In this document: one piece after another, positions 8,883-19,535 of the stretch
How the letters are laid out: every line of letters starts with the position of its first letter
Position numbering within the stretch: the stretch's first letter is position 1
Origin: an uncultured virus (IMG/VR IMGVR_UViG_3300028888_000068)
Taxonomy: Duplodnaviria > Heunggongvirae > Uroviricota > Caudoviricetes
DNA length: 64,000 nt
Strand: one strand, 5' to 3'
Virus record (IMG/VR): IMGVR_UViG_3300028888_000068
Translations under genes and position numbers: made by a program
The notes under the pieces: generated by a model
The model's input: the letters and a program-made list of their open reading frames with translations, nothing else
Told to the model about the DNA's origin: nothing
Database searches by the model: none

Positions 8883-10387
8883 TAATAAATAATACAAATG
8901 TCAGAGGTATATGGAGTTATTCTGATAATCTGGTCTATGAGAAAGGGGATTTTGTAGTAGATGGAGACCAAATCTATATATGTAAAGCCTCTGGAGTTAT
9001 GGGAAAAAGACCATACGGAAATAGAGACTACTTTACAGAATATCCAGGAAATATGGTTAAGTCGTTGGATGAATATTATAAAATTGTAAATAATTCTGCA
9101 GCTTCTGACGACTTATATATATCTTCACGAGTTCTTAATGAGATTCTTCAAGACTCTTATTTCGGCTTAGGAGACGGAGGTATTATAGAATCTGTCATAG
9201 AGTCCGACGGCAAACTTAGAGGTCAGATTTCAAAGATAGGAAATTCTGAGCATGTCTTAGATGATCTTCTTACGTCTCGTGATTTTAATAATGGCGTAGT
9301 CTTAGTCTCAAGAAAGTTTGCAGATGTCAAGAACTTAGTTGGTCTTGTATCTTTTGGTTCTGACGAAAATGCAATAAAGAGGGTTGTTAAGATTGACCCC
9401 TTAAAGTGTATCGGATGTGGAGAATGTGCGTCAATCTGTCCATCTAATGCTATAGAACTTACTGGGTCAGAGGAAATAATGACATGCTCTTTATGTAAGC
9501 ACGTCTATACACAGGAGGATAAGGAAAAATATGCTGAATGGTCTTCAATTCCATATTATCATGGTCACTGGGCTTGTCCAAATTGTGGCGCCCCCGTTGC
9601 AATAGATACTAAGATAGTAAATAACTATAAAATAAATACATCCATCTGCAATCCTAATTCTTGCGGGGTATGTTTTGATTCTTGTCCGACAGGTGCTATC
9701 TATACTATTCAAGAAGATGGTACAGAAAGCGGGAATACAGCAAATGAAAATGAAGGGGGAAATCAGAACTTTTCTACCATAATTTCAAGATATCAGGTAT
9801 ATGACTTAGAGTATGTATTTGTACGACAGTATTCATATAAGTCTGGAGCCACTGGACTACTTCACAGAGTACAGGAACTTGTAGACCCTGACCAAGGACT
9901 GATATTTTTCCGCCACGCCAAACAGGGGAAGGAAGGTCTTACAATGGATTCTACTGATTGGAAGTCCTGCCTGTCAAGAGATGCTATTCTAATCGGAAAA
10001 GAACTTAATAGAATCAGAAAAAAGATGTCCGAAGAAACCAATTCTACATCTGGAACTTCTGGATTTAAGTATAGAAGCATCTCTGTAGCCGATAGAAATA
10101 ATGGAGCATATTTTATATCAAACGAGCTTCTCCCAGAAAGAACTGATGGTGTAAAGAGAATAGTTACGTTTGTTATGGAACTTCAGGGAAAGACAATATC
10201 CTCTTATAATTCTTCAGTAGATCTATCTGTTCCTAGTGATTTTGCTGGAGTAGGAAAAACTTATTATGTAAATGACGAGATAAGTTTTGTCATCAGAAGC
10301 ACTACAGGAGGTTTTGACCTTGAATTTGTTGTAGATCCTGATGAGACCCTGATATTAAAGGATGTATATTGTAGAGAAAGTTGTTAG
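8879..10387 (+). CDS. Putative structural protein with an inserted 2[4Fe-4S] ferredoxin containing a nested rubredoxin-like domain
   Basis: CIGCGECASICP and CNPNSCGVCFDSCPTGAI ferredoxin motifs flank CSLCKHVY...WACPNCGAP (rubredoxin). N-terminal RGIWS...YEKGDFVV...YIC fibre/CBM-like module. ATGA overlap with the upstream gene. Confidence 0.8.
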   Translation: MIINNTNVRGIWSYSDNLVYEKGDFVVDGDQIYICKASGVMGKRPYGNRDYFTEYPGNMVKSLDEYYKIVNNSAASDDLYISSRVLNEILQDSYFGLGDGGIIESVIESDGKLRGQISKIGNSEHVLDDLLTSRDFNNGVVLVSRKFADVKNLVGLVSFGSDENAIKRVVKIDPLKCIGCGECASICPSNAIELTGSEEIMTCSLCKHVYTQEDKEKYAEWSSIPYYHGHWACPNCGAPVAIDTKIVNNYKINTSICNPNSCGVCFDSCPTGAIYTIQEDGTESGNTANENEGGNQNFSTIISRYQVYDLEYVFVRQYSYKSGATGLLHRVQELVDPDQGLIFFRHAKQGKEGLTMDSTDWKSCLSRDAILIGKELNRIRKKMSEETNSTSGTSGFKYRSISVADRNNGAYFISNELLPERTDGVKRIVTFVMELQGKTISSYNSSVDLSVPSDFAGVGKTYYVNDEISFVIRSTTGGFDLEFVVDPDETLILKDVYCRESC

Positions 10388-11382
10388 ATACTATGGGAGA
10401 AGAAATAAGATTAGATATACCGTTTAGAAAGGACGAAAGCGAAGTTGAGGGAAAGGAAATTTACTTTAGCAGCTTTGGTTCTATAATGTCAGGTTCTTCC
10501 GATGCAGAAAATTATCAACAAAATTTTCTATCTATCGAAAGACCATTAAAGGCTACTGAGGTTTTTAGTAAGCTCAGGAGAAAAGGTTGGGGAAAATTTG
10601 ATGGTAGGTTTATGACGGAATCTGATAAAGTTTCTTCTCAAAGACTTATGTATCGAGTTTATATTCCCTGTAAATCTGGAAATCAAGTATCGGAGATAGA
10701 TTACCCTGAAGACGTTATTGACGTTATTGATACTGGGTATGGAAGTATATCTGATATTAAAGAAGGAGAAAACGGAGAAAAGATTGTAGAAAGCGAAGTT
10801 AGAATTAGCCCGTTTTTTCAGATGTGGCCAGAGAAATTTAACTCCAATCCTAACTACAACGATACCGACCGAAAGGCTATAAAAAACCAGGTGGATGCTC
10901 TTTATAAAGAAGTATTTGGAGATGACATATCTGGTGTTAATGCTATATCCTTTAGGAGAACAACAAAGGATGCTATTAGTGCCATCGACCGTTCTGTATC
11001 CTTTGACTTGATTTCCTCTGATTCTGACCTATATACTAACTGCATAGATCTTAGTGAGCTTAGAGGATATGCTGTAGTTTCTGATATTTCTGCAAGGATA
11101 GATGTCACTGTTCAATATTCAACTTATGAAGAGAATCTACCAGATGAGAGTAAAAGACTTAAAGTGTTCAATAGAGATATAACCTTTTCTGCCTTTCGCT
11201 ACGAATATGATAAAGATTCTAATATTGTAGAGTGTATATCTGAGTCTTTTAGAAATGAAATGAATCATGATATTATAATATCATATTCTTCAGAAACAGG
11301 AATCTTAGAAGTAACTCCGCTATCTAAGAGAGTTAGTGAATGTATAATAAGTAGATGTGCAGTAACCTATGGCAAATTCTAA
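10381..11382 (+). CDS. Hypothetical structural-module protein (start may be ATG 10393)
   Basis: 333 aa ORF packed between neighbours. No recognised motif. Confidence 0.6.
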   Translation: MLDTMGEEIRLDIPFRKDESEVEGKEIYFSSFGSIMSGSSDAENYQQNFLSIERPLKATEVFSKLRRKGWGKFDGRFMTESDKVSSQRLMYRVYIPCKSGNQVSEIDYPEDVIDVIDTGYGSISDIKEGENGEKIVESEVRISPFFQMWPEKFNSNPNYNDTDRKAIKNQVDALYKEVFGDDISGVNAISFRRTTKDAISAIDRSVSFDLISSDSDLYTNCIDLSELRGYAVVSDISARIDVTVQYSTYEENLPDESKRLKVFNRDITFSAFRYEYDKDSNIVECISESFRNEMNHDIIISYSSETGILEVTPLSKRVSECIISRCAVTYGKF

Positions 11383-12895
11383 AAAGTATAATACATATAT
11401 CATAGGTTTCCCTGAAGATATAAATAATTGTCCAAGAATTATCGTTTGCAGAAGTTCAGATTTTGCAGATAAATTCGGAGATATATCACTTTTCTATGTA
11501 TCTTCGATTGCAAAAAGTATTATAACAGGGGACGACGGCATAAATGGGCTTATTATATCTAGGTCTGAAAAGGGTTGTTTTGAATATGATAAAGACAACC
11601 TCTCCTGGATTCTTGGCACTAACGATGAGGGAACTTATGAAAAACGAAAAGAGTGGGGATTTGATGTTATAATTTATCTATCCTCTCGAGACGATGCTCT
11701 TGGATATACAAAGTTTTTAGACTTGTGTGGAAAAGGAACTGTCAATTTAAATATATATCTTGAATTTTCTACAGAACTAGGAGAAATAAATCAGGATATT
11801 ATATTAGATACTTCTCTATCTAATGTATTGAGTTCCACCGAGGAGAAAACAATCCAAGGGTATCTTAAGATAAAAGATATAGGAGACCTTAAGAATACAA
11901 CTTCACGATATTCTCCTCACCTAGGGGCTTCAGATATTGCATTCTTAGGAGATAGGTCGGTGATATCAGGTCAGCCCGTTGGAATAGACCTTATGTATGG
12001 AGAAGTAATAAATCCGTATACTAATTGGTCTGCATTCGAATCACATCAGATAGGGTATTACGGAGGAGATGATATAGTTTTAGAGTCTTGGACCCCTAGC
12101 CACTATAATATTGTTTCCCTCCTAAAGAAAGACCGTTGGGGACATCCATTAGTCTATACAGTATCTAAAGAAGGACGTCGACCTATCGGAAAATATAATT
12201 CACTTGATACAGAAGTTCTCTATCTGTCTGGGAGATATGTGGTGTGTAATTGTTCTGGGGTTGAGAAAATATATGATACCCTAGATTCCAGATGGCTTGA
12301 GACACTTGGTTCTCCTATCTCTGATCCACTTAGTCCACAAAATAAAATAATAGACCTTAGAGCTAGTGTTAGTGGTTTTGACCAAATTGCTGAGTACGTC
12401 CCTGAAATAAATGAAACATTCCTTGACTTATCTAAGGACGTAATTAATCTCTATCGAAAAGTTGGCCCATGGTTCATTATAGAAAATGAGTCTAAGTCAA
12501 GTATTCGAAGTTATAAGATTTGTGGTCCAACCATGACACTGTATATATTAAAGTCAGAGCTTCCGTATATCTCTTTCTTAAATGATTCCTCCATTCTCTA
12601 CTATAATCCTGGAACTAAAGAGGGTTCAGGAAGTCGAGAATGCTGTATCTATTGTGGCTTTGGAAAGACATTTATAAGTAAGAGATACGACTTAAACTTT
12701 GACAAAATAAAAGATTCTGACAGTCAGAAAAAACCAGGGGAAAGAGTTGAGCCGGTGAACCCAGAAAATATTATTGGTTCTTCTCTCGATTCATATAGAA
12801 GAAGAGAGCCAGTTAGAAAGCTTCCAAGGATTATAACTGGCTTTGGAGGTCTAGTGTTTTATACTGATGATAAGAATAGATTATATTATTTGTAA
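11369..12895 (+). CDS. Hypothetical structural-module protein
   Basis: 508 aa, overlaps both neighbours (TAATG coupling at 12895). Confidence 0.65.
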   Translation: MANSKKYNTYIIGFPEDINNCPRIIVCRSSDFADKFGDISLFYVSSIAKSIITGDDGINGLIISRSEKGCFEYDKDNLSWILGTNDEGTYEKRKEWGFDVIIYLSSRDDALGYTKFLDLCGKGTVNLNIYLEFSTELGEINQDIILDTSLSNVLSSTEEKTIQGYLKIKDIGDLKNTTSRYSPHLGASDIAFLGDRSVISGQPVGIDLMYGEVINPYTNWSAFESHQIGYYGGDDIVLESWTPSHYNIVSLLKKDRWGHPLVYTVSKEGRRPIGKYNSLDTEVLYLSGRYVVCNCSGVEKIYDTLDSRWLETLGSPISDPLSPQNKIIDLRASVSGFDQIAEYVPEINETFLDLSKDVINLYRKVGPWFIIENESKSSIRSYKICGPTMTLYILKSELPYISFLNDSSILYYNPGTKEGSGSRECCIYCGFGKTFISKRYDLNFDKIKDSDSQKKPGERVEPVNPENIIGSSLDSYRRREPVRKLPRIITGFGGLVFYTDDKNRLYYL

Positions 12896-15273
12896 TGAGA
12901 GTAGAATACAAAAACCCAGAGATATTAAAAAGACCTGACTCTAGGATTGTTCTTAAGGGTCTCCAGGGAATTTGGGAAGCTTCTTCAAAAACACTTAGAC
13001 TCTACTATGAAGGCCGTCTAGAAAATATGCCAAGAGAGATATATTCGACGGACGGAGATTACATAATGGAGCTGATTCTTGATTCTGATTCTTACATAGA
13101 TTCTAATTGTGGAAATATTATATACATAGAATTTCCATTAGATACTATGGCAGATATCAGTACATCTGGAGTACCAAGTAATATTACATACTTAGAGAGC
13201 AGGGGTTATGCGATTGGAGAAAATATACTAAGAGGAATAAATGCTAGTAGAATCGAGAAATTTATAAGCAAATCCTCTTGGTATAGATATTTCAGAATTA
13301 ATAGAAAAACTGGACCTACCAACTTGAAGAGGCTTGATTGGGCAGGTCGCAGTGTTTCTAGGGATTACTACGAAAAAAGCTATTCTAATTTACAACTCTT
13401 CTGTGATGGCGTGGATGAAGATAGCGGGGTAGTATATAGTTTTAAGATGTCCACTCCTTGCATTACTTTTTATGGGTTTGCTACAGAAGAAACATATAAG
13501 GTTGAAGGGAATAGTAGGAAGCTTGTACGTCGAGAAATTGTATCCCTAGAAAATATACCAGGTCTTATCATTTCAGAAATCCCTGGTGGAACACAGAATT
13601 TTGTACTATCTATTGATTCAGAACATCTCAGCGCTAATCTTCTTACATTGGCAAATTTTGACCAGGAAACGTCAGATATTGTCTACCATACGGGATTTAT
13701 TGCTGAAGTATATGATTCAGCCGGTCAAAGAAATGCCAGCTATCCTCTAGAAATTACAACACTTTCAGAGGATCTTACTTGGCATTGTGATACAGAAAGA
13801 ACTACCACAATATTCAGAGAAGAAGGCGCCCCTGTATTCCTTTTCCGACATGATGATTATAACAAAGATACCTATCATGTCCTACGAGTATCTACACTTA
13901 AGAATATAGATAATATTCAGGATGTGAGTGTGAAGGTTGGAAAGGACGGAGAAACTGACCCATACTTTACCTACGAGATTTCCCTAGATAGTAATGTTGA
14001 TGGTGGAAATGATATAATTGTCAAGATACGTCCCAGTGTTCCAAATATGACTGAGGCCTGGCTTCCTAGATTATATGCTGATGTTCCTGAACCAAGACGA
14101 GTGGAATATAAAAATAATAAATTGATATTTTATCCTATCCTTGGTCCTAGAAATGCTGACCTCTATATAATCGACCCAGATGACCCCGAGGAAACCGATA
14201 TTGATACTATAGAATATCCAAATAGTATCTTAGGAGGAGACTACCTAGTTAAGACTTCTGGAGATGATACATACTGGAGGGGAGTATCTACAAATTCTAA
14301 AGTATATTCTACAGACTATGGATATACCGGATACATCGAGCCAGAACCAGTAGATACAAGCGATTCTTCTACAACAGACACAACAACAACTACTACTCCT
14401 GAAACTCCTGAACAACCCAAGCAGACTACATTTAACTTTGATATTCCCGGAATTGATACTTCAGGTACAACAGAGGGGCTTTGGATATTCCCGTCTTCTT
14501 GTTGTATCAGACCAGGACAAGTTTTTGCTATAGATTCTGCTGAGGTTTTGGGTTCTGGAAGTATCTGGTGTAGGTCTAATTGTATAAGTCCTACTAATAT
14601 CGTTGGCTCTACTAATCAACATACTACAGCAACAGCAGGTGGTTCAAGTTCTTCAAGTGTCTCTAGAGCAGGTTCATCGTCAGGAAGTGGTAGCGGTAGT
14701 AGAAGAAGTGGCAACAGTACAGCTCAAGTTATTCCATCGACAGACTCTGTCTTGGTATATGATTGTTTTTATCAGACTAGGTTTATTGCACCAGATACTC
14801 CAGGAACATATGAAATAAATTTTACTGGAATTAAAGATAAATCTAAATCTGGAAGTTGTAAAGTTAAGGTGATGGGAAATCCTGATACCTCCGGAGACCC
14901 TACATATCTTAAGGGAGAAACTTCGATGATAGCATTTAGAAAAGAAAACGAATATGCCACCAATGCTAGTATCAATGAAAGACAACGATATCAAGTTGGA
15001 AGCTATACCCTAAAAATATATACCTATAAGAAATCATCTCCAAATAATCATACCTTAGTAACTAACTTAGGCGCATCTGACTGTGATATTGCCTATAAGA
15101 TAACAAAATCTGGTATCATAGATGATATTGAGTGCACATCACAAGGCCTCAAGATTTCATGTGGTCGTGGTAATTATGGAGTAACTGAACTCATAATATA
15201 TCTTAAATCAGATCCAAGCATATTTATAGATATTCCAGTTGTTCTATTTGGTGGTAAATATAAATATTATTAA
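12895..15273 (+). CDS. Beta-rich putative virion protein with Thr/Pro and Gly/Ser linkers and probable Ig-like C-terminal domains
   Basis: 792 aa. Linkers DTSDSSTTDTTTTTTPETPEQP and AGGSSSSSVSRAGSSSGSGSGS. PGTYEINFTG...SGSCKVKV looks like an Ig-domain end. Confidence 0.6.
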   Translation: MRVEYKNPEILKRPDSRIVLKGLQGIWEASSKTLRLYYEGRLENMPREIYSTDGDYIMELILDSDSYIDSNCGNIIYIEFPLDTMADISTSGVPSNITYLESRGYAIGENILRGINASRIEKFISKSSWYRYFRINRKTGPTNLKRLDWAGRSVSRDYYEKSYSNLQLFCDGVDEDSGVVYSFKMSTPCITFYGFATEETYKVEGNSRKLVRREIVSLENIPGLIISEIPGGTQNFVLSIDSEHLSANLLTLANFDQETSDIVYHTGFIAEVYDSAGQRNASYPLEITTLSEDLTWHCDTERTTTIFREEGAPVFLFRHDDYNKDTYHVLRVSTLKNIDNIQDVSVKVGKDGETDPYFTYEISLDSNVDGGNDIIVKIRPSVPNMTEAWLPRLYADVPEPRRVEYKNNKLIFYPILGPRNADLYIIDPDDPEETDIDTIEYPNSILGGDYLVKTSGDDTYWRGVSTNSKVYSTDYGYTGYIEPEPVDTSDSSTTDTTTTTTPETPEQPKQTTFNFDIPGIDTSGTTEGLWIFPSSCCIRPGQVFAIDSAEVLGSGSIWCRSNCISPTNIVGSTNQHTTATAGGSSSSSVSRAGSSSGSGSGSRRSGNSTAQVIPSTDSVLVYDCFYQTRFIAPDTPGTYEINFTGIKDKSKSGSCKVKVMGNPDTSGDPTYLKGETSMIAFRKENEYATNASINERQRYQVGSYTLKIYTYKKSSPNNHTLVTNLGASDCDIAYKITKSGIIDDIECTSQGLKISCGRGNYGVTELIIYLKSDPSIFIDIPVVLFGGKYKYY

Positions 15274-15344
15274 TCTAGTTTAAGATAGTATGAATAGAAA
15301 TAAATTTAACATGGAAGTTCCTCTTCCTAAAATAAAATAATACT

Positions 15345-18300
15345 ATGTCATTAATACCTTATGAAGTATCAATAGATGATACCAATGATGGAGGTTCTGG
15401 TGGTGGCGGAGGAGGTTCTTCTTCAGTAACAGTTAGATCTACTGACGACGTTATCCGCGGGTCTTCAGGGCACAATACAACTAGCTCATCAGGAACTACC
15501 ACTACAAGAGATGGTAGCTCAGGAACTCCTCAGACTGACCCAGTGAATCCGGTCGATGGAAGCGCAACAAGCTCTAGTCGGTCTTCTGCAACTCTATGCT
15601 TTTCTAATGTTCCTTCTGGTGGTACTGTTACTATGGTTAGTGGAGAGTCGATGGAACTACAAATACAGGTTCAGAGCGAAACTCAGCCTCAGACGGTATT
15701 TGAGTCTTCAAATACTAGCGTAGCCATTGTAAGTAAGACCTATATAACCAGAGCAAAATTGACGGCAAAGTCTGTAGGAACCACTACCATTAAAGTCTAT
15801 TTTACAAGTAGTAGTGGAAACTATTTTGAGGATAGTTTTAAACTTGTTGTAAAATCTTCAAGTAATGATATTCCTATTCCAGAAGATAAAAAGATATGGT
15901 TGACTATCGGACAAAAACGAGAAATAACAATAACTGAAAAAGCTTCTCAAACTTCCGCTGAGTCTAGTAATTCTGATATTGCCTCTTTCACGAAGACTGC
16001 AGTAGACAAAGCAGTTATCACGGCAAAGTCTCTCGGAATATGTACTATCAAACTTGTTGTAAAAGAAATCAATGGTAATACCTATACTTCTGATGCCTAC
16101 TATGTAATTGTTACTCATGGCGACGGAACTAATTACCTTGATGTTGTTTCTTTCGAGAAGTCAACAACCTGGGAAAATCTGAATCTTGGGTCTGTCTTTG
16201 TAATTGGGTGTAGTCGAGATGAAACAGTTGGATATCAAGGAGCTATGTTTGAATCAAATGTCTTAAGTCCAGAATCTTGGAGAAACTTAGTTGATAGAAG
16301 CTATAAAGAGGTTAAGATATGCAGGCTTGGGCAGGATATAAGCATAAATGTAACTTCCGACGGATACATGGAAGACTTAGAATCTGAGGAATCATGGGCA
16401 TCACAGTGGACTATAGAACCAGACTCAGAGACAGGCGAAGTTCCTGATATATTTTGTAAGTTTCTCGGTATTGGTGTCTATAAATTTAATGTTCAGTCTA
16501 ATTGTCCTGTTCGATTCAAGACGACAAGCGATAGAATAAGTATAGGACCATGGTCAGGAACTCCAAGATATGAATATGTTATCTCTGATTACGGAAATAG
16601 TAAAGTTCTTCCAATTCATATCTTAAGTCTTCCAGAGAATTCAGTAGAAATAATAGAGATATCCTACGAGAGTCCCGATTCTAGAATTTCAAAGACTCTT
16701 AGGGTTGCTTTATATCCTCCACTCCCCGGTCTTATTGATATTCGAGGCCCATATATCTTTGTAATTCCTAGCGATTCAGGAAGCTATAATCAAAAGATAG
16801 AAGTTAAATCTTACGGAAATCTTCGATATAGTGGAATAGAGTACCCTAAAGAATTAACAACGACGCGCCTAGATGAAGAGCGTTTGCGTAATATGTGGAC
16901 GTCTAATTTGGCAGAAGCTGATGAGGGTATTAGAGATAGTCTCAGGGTTAATATATCTAATGAGCCATATCCAAGTCCCAGAACAGATAATCTTGGGGTT
17001 CTCAAGTACTACATAACTTTAAAATCTGTTACTGGATATAAGGCAGCTAAACAATCAACTCCACCTGTCGCAAGGATACGGTTTGATGTGTCTAATTCTT
17101 CTGGAGCTTCCTTCGAGCCTACCAAAGAAATTCCGCCTGTCCGAAAGTATGTATACTACTATATCTATGTTCTTCCAGAGATACCAATAAAGAATGCAGA
17201 TACATATGAACCACTTCAGGATTGTCCAAAGAATTCATATGTACCAATTTCTGTAGGACATAGTATTTTTGAAAGACTTAGAACTGAAGATCTTACTGCA
17301 ACTTGGCCTGGCGGAGTTCGATTTGTAGACCCTAGTGGAATGTATGGAAATTTTGCTATCAGATATCCAGAACACTATGCTTCATATGGAACTCAAAATG
17401 ATTTTGGTGTTACTTTTGAAGTTATGTGGACTGGTTCTAGTTATACTTGGGAACAGGCTGCCTATGGAGATGAAGTTGGATCTCTGGTAATTAAGTGGTA
17501 CTACAATAAAGACTATATCATACAAAATCAGGGTCTATATAATTATTACTATATTAATAATGGAGACCCGGGATACACAGGAACTATAGAATTGCCTTAT
17601 AGTCCTAATAATCAATTCTATACTCAGACTGTTCACATTGTAAAGTTTCAGAGAAAAGGACACATACTTAACGAGGACGAACTTCCAACTCATTACAGTG
17701 CTATAGGTACTTATGATCCTTTTACACTTAATCCAAGTTATAAAGTTATCAAAACAGACTTACCAATTAATCAGACCGTAGTTGTGTCTGGCGGATATTG
17801 GAAGTATGTATTTAGAGAAGAGGAGGTTGACAATGTTCCGATTAGGTATACTTGTAAACAGAATATAGAACAGCCGCAATTTTTAAATCTTACAATAGAG
17901 CCAAGAGGAAATAATGTATCTTTTGCTCTCGATGAATGGGAAGAGCTTATTCCTTACTATTCTGTTGCAAGAGGTGAGGTCAAATTTGTTTGTGAAAGTA
18001 ATGTAAATCATAAGAAATCAGATACCGTTCTAGACACATTCTCCTTTACGCAGGACGGTCTTGAAGATTGTATCCTTGTTGATAATAGATTCTACTTAGG
18101 TAGATCTGAAATTAATCTTCCAGATATTAGTTTTACTTCCTTTGATCTTAAGATAGGTGGAAAGGGAATTAAGAGTTATAAGATTTCTGATATTGCAGGA
18201 CGTCATGGACAACTTGATCTAGTAAGTGCAATTCCAGGTGGGATAAATATTATAGTCTGGAAAGAAGGACAATCCGAGCCTATTTTTAACGAGACTAGGG

Positions 18301-19535
18301 ACTCTTTTACTGACATAATAACCCTTCCTGAAAATAATACGGGCTCTGAAATAACTTATACAATTGAAGTAGTTCATACAGAATCTGTTTCTAATGGAGG
18401 AGAATTTGAAAGCAGAATTATAATTAAAGTAAAACAAAGAACAAAATCGTCAGATGTATATATACCTGACGGAAGTCTTCCAAATATTTATTCATACGGA
18501 GCTCTTAGTTCTGGACTTATTCTATATACATCTATTCCTAAGAATAAAATAATGATAGAAGAAGTCATAGGAAAAGACTCGAATGATAAATGGATAGTGG
18601 GTAATGGAATTGTTGGAAAGCCTAGAATTATTTCCTTTACTGAAGAAAATCCTGACCCCGAGGCACCTTCCGGGTATAAATGCTATAAGTGTTTCTTTAG
18701 CTTCACTCCTAATTCTTCATTTGCCACTTTAGAAAGTTCTAGTTCTTATTTAGGGGAAGATATAACTCGAACAATAAGAATAAGACACGTTGATATAGAT
18801 GAAGGAAATACATATGATCTTAAACAAGGATACTATACTATATATCCAACTCTAATGTATAAAACTGGAGAAGAAGACCAAGATCTAACAATAGTTACTG
18901 AAAAAGATTCTAGAAATCCTGATCATCCTGGCCACATTATTTCATATAATATGGAAGAGAAGTTCTGGCAGGTTGGAACACAGTATAGTCCAGTCGATCT
19001 TCCTCCTTTTCAAAATGCCGGAAGTAATCGTGATATGAATAAAGTTTGGGTATCATTGATGGCACTACGACATGAGGTTGAAGATGGAAATATAGTTACT
19101 TGGGAAGATACTGCTAGACTCTTTGAACTAGGAGCTCTAGAAATTGAATCAAACTCTAGAAAACTATTCTCAGATACTGTTAATAATTCTGACATAGAGT
19201 TATCGGAGGGAGATTGGTTTAGAAACATACAAACTGACTTAGTTATACACTCTACTGATATAACTTCTGAGAATACTTGGCAAGTTCTCAAGAATATAGA
19301 AGGAGAGGGGAGCGAGAGAGAGGATATTGAATTCCCCGCTCTTGAAACTATCTATACCGCATCAGGAGCAGGGTTTTATGAAAGACGGGTAATAATTCAG
19401 GAAGATGTTGAATTAAAGCTTGGCGTTCTTACAAAAGAAAAAGATATTTTTTATGAAGGATCAAAGCCCTACACAGTCAATAGTAAAATTCGAATTTGGT
19501 ATAGAAAAATTGGTGAAGATATAAAAGATGAATAA
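15345..19535 (+). CDS. Large putative virion protein with two N-terminal Big_2 Ig-like repeats and BACON-like segments
   Basis: ESSNTSVA...LTAKSVGTTTIKV and ESSNSDIA...ITAKSLGICTIKL repeats; ITLPENNTGSEITYTIEV. Confidence 0.65.
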   Translation: MSLIPYEVSIDDTNDGGSGGGGGGSSSVTVRSTDDVIRGSSGHNTTSSSGTTTTRDGSSGTPQTDPVNPVDGSATSSSRSSATLCFSNVPSGGTVTMVSGESMELQIQVQSETQPQTVFESSNTSVAIVSKTYITRAKLTAKSVGTTTIKVYFTSSSGNYFEDSFKLVVKSSSNDIPIPEDKKIWLTIGQKREITITEKASQTSAESSNSDIASFTKTAVDKAVITAKSLGICTIKLVVKEINGNTYTSDAYYVIVTHGDGTNYLDVVSFEKSTTWENLNLGSVFVIGCSRDETVGYQGAMFESNVLSPESWRNLVDRSYKEVKICRLGQDISINVTSDGYMEDLESEESWASQWTIEPDSETGEVPDIFCKFLGIGVYKFNVQSNCPVRFKTTSDRISIGPWSGTPRYEYVISDYGNSKVLPIHILSLPENSVEIIEISYESPDSRISKTLRVALYPPLPGLIDIRGPYIFVIPSDSGSYNQKIEVKSYGNLRYSGIEYPKELTTTRLDEERLRNMWTSNLAEADEGIRDSLRVNISNEPYPSPRTDNLGVLKYYITLKSVTGYKAAKQSTPPVARIRFDVSNSSGASFEPTKEIPPVRKYVYYYIYVLPEIPIKNADTYEPLQDCPKNSYVPISVGHSIFERLRTEDLTATWPGGVRFVDPSGMYGNFAIRYPEHYASYGTQNDFGVTFEVMWTGSSYTWEQAAYGDEVGSLVIKWYYNKDYIIQNQGLYNYYYINNGDPGYTGTIELPYSPNNQFYTQTVHIVKFQRKGHILNEDELPTHYSAIGTYDPFTLNPSYKVIKTDLPINQTVVVSGGYWKYVFREEEVDNVPIRYTCKQNIEQPQFLNLTIEPRGNNVSFALDEWEELIPYYSVARGEVKFVCESNVNHKKSDTVLDTFSFTQDGLEDCILVDNRFYLGRSEINLPDISFTSFDLKIGGKGIKSYKISDIAGRHGQLDLVSAIPGGINIIVWKEGQSEPIFNETRDSFTDIITLPENNTGSEITYTIEVVHTESVSNGGEFESRIIIKVKQRTKSSDVYIPDGSLPNIYSYGALSSGLILYTSIPKNKIMIEEVIGKDSNDKWIVGNGIVGKPRIISFTEENPDPEAPSGYKCYKCFFSFTPNSSFATLESSSSYLGEDITRTIRIRHVDIDEGNTYDLKQGYYTIYPTLMYKTGEEDQDLTIVTEKDSRNPDHPGHIISYNMEEKFWQVGTQYSPVDLPPFQNAGSNRDMNKVWVSLMALRHEVEDGNIVTWEDTARLFELGALEIESNSRKLFSDTVNNSDIELSEGDWFRNIQTDLVIHSTDITSENTWQVLKNIEGEGSEREDIEFPALETIYTASGAGFYERRVIIQEDVELKLGVLTKEKDIFYEGSKPYTVNSKIRIWYRKIGEDIKDE

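Noticed and set aside
10711..10730. 9 bp tandem duplication GACGTTATT (DVIDVID)
   Set aside because: A trivial in-frame microduplication with no sign of function.
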